Shown one piece after another: positions 57,275 through 64,000 of a stretch of DNA of 64,000 nucleotides (positions within the stretch are counted from its first letter, which is position 1; every line of letters begins with the position of its first letter). The translations under genes were made by a program, and so were the position numbers. Below the pieces are notes generated by a model, which had not been told where the DNA came from, searched no databases, and worked only from the letters and a program-made list of their open reading frames with translations. The stretch covers positions 69,814-133,813 of the forward strand of contig CALVLD010000002.1 in NCBI GenBank assembly GCA_944336475.1. The letters are read 5' to 3'. The DNA is from an uncultured Clostridia bacterium (GTDB taxonomy: Bacteria > Bacillota > Clostridia > Christensenellales > CAG-138).

Positions 57275-58276
57275 ATGAACATTTTCAGGAACCCGGATTT
57301 TAGAAAATACGTTGTTTTCTGCTGTGCGGTTGCAGTGCCGGCAGTCATAGTCTCATTCGTTTTGAATATGCGCTTCGGGTGGATGATGCTTGCCGTGTGC
57401 GGTGTGTTGCTGCTTGCCTCATATGTGTTCACACGAAACAGGTACAGGCGAATATCTGAGCTTTCGTCGGACATCGACAGACTTCTTCACGGAGAGGTGG
57501 TCGTGCCTATTGAAAGTTATTGCGAGGGAGAGCTGTCTATACTCCAGAGCGAAATTCACAAGATGACCGTTCGCCTCAGGGATCAACAGCAGAGGTTGAG
57601 TGATGACAAACTGTTCCTTGCGGATTCACTAGCCGATATTTCCCACCAGATACGGACTCCCCTCACCTCCATAAATCTGCTGGTCTCTATGCTCTGCGAT
57701 CCGGATATTGGAGCAGAACGGCGCATGGAGCTCGCCCATGAGCTCTACAAGCTCCTTGGGAGGATAGATTGGCTGATAACTGCGCTGCTCAAACTCTCAC
57801 AACTGGATGCAGGAACGGTCAAACTGAAATCTGAAAAAACGAGCCTTGCCGAGCTTGTGCAAAAGTCGGTGGCTCCGCTGCTCGTTCCGATGGAGCTGAA
57901 GAATCAAGCGCTCTCCGTATCCGCCGACGGTGAGTTTTTCGGCGACGTCGCATGGACATGTGAGGCGATAACGAACGTAGTCAAAAACTGCATGGAACAC
58001 ACGCCTTCAGGCGGGAACATAGGCATCACGGCGACCGAAAATACACTCTATTCTGAAATAATAATTGCCGACGATGGCAGCGGCATCGCCGCAGAGGATC
58101 TCCCCCACATATTCGAGCGCTTCTACAAGGGCAAGGACTCCGATGATACGAGCTTCGGTATCGGCCTTGCCTTAGCACGGGTCATAATTTTTTCGCAGAA
58201 CGGAACCATAAAAGCAGAGAACAATATCAGCTCCGGCGCAAAGTTCACCATTCGCTTCTATAAAACGACCGTATGA
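57275..58276 (+). CDS. Intramembrane-sensing histidine kinase (BceS-like)
   Basis: Two N-terminal TM helices with almost no external loop. H-box ISHQIRTPLTSI, N box NVVKNCMEHTP, G boxes DDGSGI/GIGLALA. Confidence 0.85.
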   Translation: MNIFRNPDFRKYVVFCCAVAVPAVIVSFVLNMRFGWMMLAVCGVLLLASYVFTRNRYRRISELSSDIDRLLHGEVVVPIESYCEGELSILQSEIHKMTVRLRDQQQRLSDDKLFLADSLADISHQIRTPLTSINLLVSMLCDPDIGAERRMELAHELYKLLGRIDWLITALLKLSQLDAGTVKLKSEKTSLAELVQKSVAPLLVPMELKNQALSVSADGEFFGDVAWTCEAITNVVKNCMEHTPSGGNIGITATENTLYSEIIIADDGSGIAAEDLPHIFERFYKGKDSDDTSFGIGLALARVIIFSQNGTIKAENNISSGAKFTIRFYKTTV

Positions 58277-58372
58277 CGGAGTCGCCGCAGATGACACTTT
58301 TGTAATTTGGGAGTCACCCTTGCGTAATGTTGACGCCGTATAATTGCGTCATAAACCAAAGGAGGTATTGCT

Positions 58373-59056
58373 GTGGAAATTTTAAGGGTTGAGCATCTGT
58401 GCAAAGTATACGGCAAAGGTGAAAATACGGTCAAAGCGCTTGATGATGTATCCTTTTCGGTCAACAAGGGTGATTTCGTCGCCATAATAGGGCCATCGGG
58501 CTCGGGCAAGTCCACTCTCCTGCACATACTTGGCGGAGTGGATAAACCCACCTCGGGCAGGGTTTTTATGAACGACAGCGACGTCTATGCCCAGAACGAT
58601 GAACAGCTTGCCATATTCCGCCGCAGGCAGGTCGGGCTTATTTATCAGTTCTACAATCTCATACCCGTGCTCAATGTTACCGAGAATATAACCCTCCCCG
58701 TGCTCATGGACGGCAGGAAGGTCAACATGGAGAGGCTCAACGAGCTTATCGCCACGCTGAAGCTCGGCGGAAGGGAAAATCATCTGCCGAATCAGCTTTC
58801 GGGCGGTCAACAGCAGAGGGTATCCATAGGCAGGGCGCTCATAAATGCGCCTGCGGTCGTGCTTGCAGATGAACCCACGGGCAATCTTGACTCCAAGAAC
58901 AGCCGTGAAATAGTTGATCTGTTGAAGTTGTCGAATGAAAAATACGGACAGACGCTCATCGTGATAACCCATGAGGAGAGTATTGCGCTTCAGGCCGACC
59001 GCATACTTACTATAGAAGACGGCAGAATCACCGGTGACGAGGTGGTACGCAGATGA
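58373..59056 (+). CDS. ABC transporter ATP-binding protein (BceA/MacB-type)
   Basis: [31 protein letters not shown] start after AGGAGG. Confidence 0.9.
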   Translation: MEILRVEHLCKVYGKGENTVKALDDVSFSVNKGDFVAIIGPSGSGKSTLLHILGGVDKPTSGRVFMNDSDVYAQNDEQLAIFRRRQVGLIYQFYNLIPVLNVTENITLPVLMDGRKVNMERLNELIATLKLGGRENHLPNQLSGGQQQRVSIGRALINAPAVVLADEPTGNLDSKNSREIVDLLKLSNEKYGQTLIVITHEESIALQADRILTIEDGRITGDEVVRR

Positions 59057-61758
59057 ACATATTTCAAAGAACCGCCATTGCATACCTGAAAAAGAATAAG
59101 ACCCGCACCATTGTAACCATAGTCGGTATAATACTCTCGGCAGCAATGATATGCGCCGTCACCTCTCTTGTTGCAAGCTTCGCCAACTATGCGTTGGAGA
59201 CTGCGCTCTACACTGAAGGCAACTGGCATGGGAGGCAGCTGGACGTCCCCTATTCGACATTTGAAGAGGTCGCTGATTCCGATAAGGTGGAACAGGCGGT
59301 GTATTTGCAGCGGGTAGGCTATGCTGCCGCCGAGGGCTGTGCCAACGAATTCAAGCCATACATCTACATACTTGGTGCAGGCGACGGCGCCGATGCCATG
59401 CTCCCCATACGCATAACCGCCGGACATTATCCGGTCTCTGCCGACGAGATACTGCTCCCCGAGCATTTGCGAACAAACGGCGGCGTCGATTTCCGAATTG
59501 GAGATACGATTACCCTTGATATAGGCGACCGTATACTCGATGGCATACGGCTTACTCAGGATACTTCCTGCTACAAATTTAATGATAGCTGGATCGAAGT
59601 CCACAACGGTGAAACGCTGCAGGTGAGGGAAAGCCGTACATATACGATAGCAGGCACATTTGAACGTCTGTCCTATACGATCGAGAAGCAAACGGCGCCT
59701 GGATATACTGCAATTACGCTTGCGGATGCTCCCTCAGATGGCAGCCGATATGACCTGTACCTTCGCATGAATAAGCCCAAGGATGTCTACGGCTTCTTTA
59801 AGGACATGGGGTTTGAGGAGGATTACAACACGGATGTTCTGCTGCTTATGGGGGTATCAGGTTATGATACCGTCTATTCGGTGCTGAACGGGCTTGCGGC
59901 CATAATAATATTGCTGATAATATTCGGCTCCGTTTCACTCATCTATAACGCCTTTTCCATCTCTGTATCCGAAAGGACAAAGCAGTTCGGCCTGCTTTCA
60001 TCCATCGGCGCAACCAAAAAGCAGCTTCGCCGCATGGTGCTGTTTGAAGCGTTTGCCGTCAGTGCCATAGGCATACCTCTGGGCATACTGGCAGGCATAG
60101 GCGGCATAGGTATAACGCTGCACTTTATAGGCGATAATTTCCGCTCAATGTTTGCAACACCCATAGATATGCATATGCATGTTTCCCCGGCATCCGTATT
60201 GATAGCAACAGTCGTTGCACTGATAACGGCGCTAATATCAGCGTGGATACCGTCCACACGAGCTACAAAGATATCTGCGATCGAGGCGATACGACAGAGT
60301 ACGGATATCCACACAAAGGCAAAGACCGTCAAAACACCGTGGCTGTCATACAAGCTGTTTGGCCTGTCGGGGGTGCTTGCGCAGAAGAACTATAAACGCA
60401 GCCGCAAAAAGTATCGTGCGACGGTGCTGAGCCTGTTTATGAGCATAGTCCTGTTTGTGTCTGCTTCATCGTTTTGCAGCTATCTTACCGATTCCGTAGA
60501 GGGGGTATTCTCAGGCGCAGGGTATGATATAACCATGCATATCGATGACTCAGAGCTTAATATGACTCCCGATGAATTGCTCCGTCGCATTTCAAGCTCG
60601 ACCGATGTTACTGCGGCGGCGTACGGGAAGATCACATTTCTTGAGGAAACAATGACAAAAAGCGGCAGCCTCACGCAGGAGGGACTGGAAGCAAGCCCTG
60701 TGTATTATGCGGACGGTGATATGGCCGGCGTCAATACCTTTGTAATGTTCGTAGATAACGACACATACGTCGGGCTGCTTGAGCAGTACGGCTTGGATAG
60801 GGATGTATTTTTTGATGCAGATGCCCCTGTTGCACTCGCAGCGGATACCTGCACATCCTTCAACTACAACGAACAGCGTTATGATACGATAGACTTTCTA
60901 AACTCCGACGAAGCCGAATTTGTTTACAAAACGCCCAAAGTCATAGAGGGCTACACCTACGCCGGCGAGTTTATGGACAGCAGCGGAGAACTGATGGTTC
61001 ACTATCATCAAGACGGCTATGACGACACGATATCTGGGTCGGACGAAACCGGTCTGATAGCTATACCGGCCGGCGAGGCATATGATACGGGCGTGCTGAG
61101 ATGCGGCAAGGTATTGGATGAGGCTCCTTATTTCATGCCGAATAACGGTGGGGTCACACTGATATATCCCATGCAGGCGATGGACTCCGTTGCTAAGGAC
61201 TATGTGGGCACAAGGCTGAACTTCTATATAACGTCCGATGATCATGCCGCAAGCTATGCGGCTCTGGAGACGGTTTTGATAGACGCGGGCCTTACCCCGG
61301 GCATGCTGAGGAATCATGCTGAGGAAGCTGAAACATCCCGAAATATAGTTTTAATTATACGGGTGTTCTCCTATGGCTTCATAATACTCATATCGCTGAT
61401 AGCGGCTGCTAACGTCTTTAACACCATCACGACAAACATAGGTCTGCGGCGCCGCGAGTTTGCAATGCTGAAGTCGATAGGATTGACAAACCGGGGCTTT
61501 AACCGTATGATGAACTATGAGTGTCTGCTGTACGGCTGCCGTGCGCTCCTGCTGGGGCTTCCGGCATCATGCGCAATAGCATATCTGATCCACCAAACCA
61601 TCTCAGGGGGGTATGAAACACGCTTCAGCGCTCCGTGGGATGCAATGGGTATTGCTATGCTAAGCGTATTTGCAGTGGTGTTTGCCACCATGATGTACGC
61701 CATGCGCAGGGTGAAGAAGCAAAACCCCATCGATGCTCTTAAGAGTGAAAACTTCTGA
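59053..61758 (+). CDS. FtsX-family ABC permease with two FtsX modules (BceB-like, enlarged)
   Basis: 901 aa. Two FtsX four-helix regions (~aa 270-400 and ~780-900) separated by large soluble domains. 4-nt overlap with the ATPase gene. Confidence 0.85.
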   Translation: MNIFQRTAIAYLKKNKTRTIVTIVGIILSAAMICAVTSLVASFANYALETALYTEGNWHGRQLDVPYSTFEEVADSDKVEQAVYLQRVGYAAAEGCANEFKPYIYILGAGDGADAMLPIRITAGHYPVSADEILLPEHLRTNGGVDFRIGDTITLDIGDRILDGIRLTQDTSCYKFNDSWIEVHNGETLQVRESRTYTIAGTFERLSYTIEKQTAPGYTAITLADAPSDGSRYDLYLRMNKPKDVYGFFKDMGFEEDYNTDVLLLMGVSGYDTVYSVLNGLAAIIILLIIFGSVSLIYNAFSISVSERTKQFGLLSSIGATKKQLRRMVLFEAFAVSAIGIPLGILAGIGGIGITLHFIGDNFRSMFATPIDMHMHVSPASVLIATVVALITALISAWIPSTRATKISAIEAIRQSTDIHTKAKTVKTPWLSYKLFGLSGVLAQKNYKRSRKKYRATVLSLFMSIVLFVSASSFCSYLTDSVEGVFSGAGYDITMHIDDSELNMTPDELLRRISSSTDVTAAAYGKITFLEETMTKSGSLTQEGLEASPVYYADGDMAGVNTFVMFVDNDTYVGLLEQYGLDRDVFFDADAPVALAADTCTSFNYNEQRYDTIDFLNSDEAEFVYKTPKVIEGYTYAGEFMDSSGELMVHYHQDGYDDTISGSDETGLIAIPAGEAYDTGVLRCGKVLDEAPYFMPNNGGVTLIYPMQAMDSVAKDYVGTRLNFYITSDDHAASYAALETVLIDAGLTPGMLRNHAEEAETSRNIVLIIRVFSYGFIILISLIAAANVFNTITTNIGLRRREFAMLKSIGLTNRGFNRMMNYECLLYGCRALLLGLPASCAIAYLIHQTISGGYETRFSAPWDAMGIAMLSVFAVVFATMMYAMRRVKKQNPIDALKSENF

Positions 61759-61775
61759 CGGAGGAGTCTGCATAT

Positions 61776-62468
61776 ATGATGCATATAAAACGTAAAAGGC
61801 TCATTATTGCCGTTTTTGCTGCTCTGCTGTGCCTTGCGCTCATTGGTGCGGCAGGGGTTGCGGGAATCAACGCCCATGTAAAGAGCTTCGGTGCCGGGCG
61901 AATCATCTCCGTAGCCGAGGCTGCCGAGCTGGATGGGGTAGACTGCATACTCGTGCTCGGCTGCAAGGTACATAATAACCGATATCCAAGCGTCATGTTG
62001 AAGGACAGGCTCGACACGGGCATAGGCCTGTATGAGCTCGGTGTTGCGCCAAAGCTGCTCATGAGCGGGGATCACGGCCAGGTCGAATACGACGAGGTGA
62101 ATGCCATGAAGCAGTATGCGATAGACGCCTCGGTTGCTTCTGAGGACATATTCATGGATCATGCGGGCTTCTCAACATATGAGAGCGTGTATCGGGCAAA
62201 GGCAGTATTCTGTGCAGAAAAGATAGTGATAGTCACCCAGGAATATCACCTCTACCGCGCACTGTACATTGCGCACAAGCTCGGGTTGGAGGCATATGGG
62301 GTAGTATCCGATGTCCACGCCTACGGAGGACAAGAGGCTCGCGAGACTCGTGAGGTGCTTGCCAGAGTGAAAGATTTTGCAATGTCAATATTCAAACCCG
62401 ATCCAAAATATCTTGGGGATACCATACCCGTAAGCGGCAACGGAGACGTGACTAACGATAAAGCGTAG
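61776..62468 (+). CDS. SanA/YdcF (DUF218) family membrane-anchored protein
   Basis: N-terminal TM helix. DCILVLGCKV...LLMSGDHG...YHLYRALYIA pattern. Confidence 0.8.
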   Translation: MMHIKRKRLIIAVFAALLCLALIGAAGVAGINAHVKSFGAGRIISVAEAAELDGVDCILVLGCKVHNNRYPSVMLKDRLDTGIGLYELGVAPKLLMSGDHGQVEYDEVNAMKQYAIDASVASEDIFMDHAGFSTYESVYRAKAVFCAEKIVIVTQEYHLYRALYIAHKLGLEAYGVVSDVHAYGGQEARETREVLARVKDFAMSIFKPDPKYLGDTIPVSGNGDVTNDKA

Positions 62469-62485
62469 GTGAGGGAGGCCGCAGC

Positions 62486-63499
62486 ATGCTCGATATAAGG
62501 TCGTTCGGCAGAGCGTTTGACAAGGATATACCCCTGATATGCCTGTCAAACGGCTGCACAGAGGTTCAGCTCATACCCATCGGCGCAGCCATAAGGTCAC
62601 TGCTTGTTCCCGATAGGAACGGTGTCCCCACGGATGTATGCCTGGGCTATGACAGCCCGGAGGATTACCTCAATCATGGTGCGTACATGGGCGCAACGGT
62701 CGGCAGGTGTGCAAACCGTATAGGCAACGCCCGGTTCCGCCTCGGTGGCAGGCAATACACTCTGTCCGCAAACGATGGGAAAAACCATCTTCACGGTGGG
62801 GCGGACGGATTCAGTAAGAAGCTGTGGAGCTTTTCGCCGCTCTCGGACAGCGCCGTAAGGTTTTCACTGTTTTCTCCGGCAGGCGATGAGGGCTACCCGG
62901 GTAATCTGAGCGTCGAGGTGACCTATACAGTTTCGGAATGCGACCTCTTGATAGACTTCTTTGCGACAACCGATGCGGATACCGTTGTCAATCTGACCAA
63001 CCACACATATTTCAACCTTGCAGGTCATGACGAGGGGTTCATATCCGATCACGCGCTTGCGGTAAACTCCCATATGTATACCCCGACGGATGCCGGCAAC
63101 ATCCCCACGGGAGAGCTTCTGCCTGTGAGGGACACGGCGCTCGATCTCAGGAATGCGGCTCTGCTCGGAGAGCGCCTTGAGTGTGATGCGCTGCGGAGGA
63201 CGGGAGGCTTTGATCATAATTATGTCTTAAACGACAGCTATGCCGCAAGGTTGCATTGCCTGCGCACGGGCATCACGATGAGTCTGCGCACCACATTGCC
63301 GGGCATGCAGGTATACACCTCGGGCGTCCTGTCCCAAATGCCCGGCAAGGGCGGTGCGGTATATGGCAGGAGATGCGCAATCTGCCTTGAACCTCAGTTT
63401 TTCCCCGATGCCGTAAACAAGCCGAGCTTCCAATCGCCCGTGCTGCGTGCAGGGGAGGAGTATCGACACTGCATCAGGTACATGTTTTCAGCAGAATAA
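62486..63499 (+). CDS. galM: Aldose 1-epimerase (galactose mutarotase)
   Basis: GKNHLHGG, NLTNHTYFNL and CLEPQFFPDA motifs. Confidence 0.85.
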   Translation: MLDIRSFGRAFDKDIPLICLSNGCTEVQLIPIGAAIRSLLVPDRNGVPTDVCLGYDSPEDYLNHGAYMGATVGRCANRIGNARFRLGGRQYTLSANDGKNHLHGGADGFSKKLWSFSPLSDSAVRFSLFSPAGDEGYPGNLSVEVTYTVSECDLLIDFFATTDADTVVNLTNHTYFNLAGHDEGFISDHALAVNSHMYTPTDAGNIPTGELLPVRDTALDLRNAALLGERLECDALRRTGGFDHNYVLNDSYAARLHCLRTGITMSLRTTLPGMQVYTSGVLSQMPGKGGAVYGRRCAICLEPQFFPDAVNKPSFQSPVLRAGEEYRHCIRYMFSAE

Positions 63500-63509
63500 G
63501 AATAGAAAA

Positions 63510-63534
63510 CGGAGATCCACAGCATGGATCTCCG
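63510..63534. terminator. Bidirectional hairpin terminator
   Basis: CGGAGATCCA / TGGATCTCCG stem between convergent genes. Confidence 0.7.
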
Positions 63535-63549
63535 CAATTTGTTAAAGTT

Positions 63550-63969
63550 TTACTTAAGAAGCTGGAAGCTGCCGATCACGGGCAGCGGCTTCATCTCGCC
63601 CTTTGCGGCGTTGACGATGCCGATAATCATCAGAACGATGCATGCAAGAGACAGAAGGATGCTGATAGCTATGCCAACAAAGGGGATGAGGGAGAGTACG
63701 CCTGAAACGATCGATGCAATGACGTTGGCAATAAACAGTATCAGACCCTGATTGGAATGATAGCGTGCAAAGACGGAGTCCTTTGCGGCGAATATGGGTA
63801 TGAGTACGAGCAGGCCAAAGTAGGCGAGAACACCCATCAACTTGTCATTGTCGGATTTGCCCGAAGTCTGCGGCTGACCGAAGCCGCCGTTCTGCTGATT
63901 AGCGCCGCAGGAAGGACAAAACGATGCGTTATCGTCTATCTGTGCGCCGCATTTAGTGCAAAAAGCCAT
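63550..63969 (-). CDS. Zinc-ribbon + DUF4870-like membrane protein
   Basis: N-terminal CTKCG...CPSCG ribbon, G/Q-rich linker and three TM helices (YFGLLVLIPIF...HSNQGL). Confidence 0.65.
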   Translation of the reverse strand: MAFCTKCGAQIDDNASFCPSCGANQQNGGFGQPQTSGKSDNDKLMGVLAYFGLLVLIPIFAAKDSVFARYHSNQGLILFIANVIASIVSGVLSLIPFVGIAISILLSLACIVLMIIGIVNAAKGEMKPLPVIGSFQLLK

Positions 63970-64000
63970 AAATAAACCCTCCTTAAATTTATGACGCTTA

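Overview
This window looks like chromosomal DNA from a spore-forming, butyrate-kinase-encoding Firmicute (Clostridia-like, roughly mid-50s %GC). That assignment is inferred from spoIIP, cotJABC, buk, a CIRCE-controlled groES/groEL and typical Gram-positive Shine-Dalgarno (SD) sites. Coding density is high and most content is housekeeping or envelope-related. It includes two asymmetric heterodimeric ABC exporter pairs, a DUF1538 membrane protein with two PII-like proteins, and buk, pth, efp and groESL. It also has an ECF sigma/anti-sigma pair next to two NlpC/P60 peptidoglycan hydrolases, a five-gene flavoprotein/FeS dehydrogenase operon, and a fused MacB-type ABC. A seven-gene pstSCAB-phoU-phoPR operon carries PhoP-box repeats, and there is a Bce-like two-component/ABC module plus one tRNA-Pro(GGG). 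I found no rRNA, CRISPR array, transposase, integrase or obvious prophage. The clearly accessory segment is about 46.7-51.9 kb. It holds two orphan RHS C-terminal toxin cassettes that share a ~200-bp near-identical junction. One cassette is badly decayed; the other is intact, carries an Ntox44-like tip and is followed by a lipoprotein immunity candidate. The two cassettes bracket a strongly promoted secreted amidase and a beta-propeller lipoprotein. Three other points deserve follow-up. An unannotated 28-codon leader ORF plus terminator precedes the second ABC pair, resembling BmrB-BmrCD attenuation. A macro-domain / vWA / ADP-ribosylglycohydrolase cluster has a lost canonical start codon in one gene and an in-frame TAA in the next. 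The DUF1538-PII module is uncharacterised. All family calls rest on motif recognition by eye; no database search was run.
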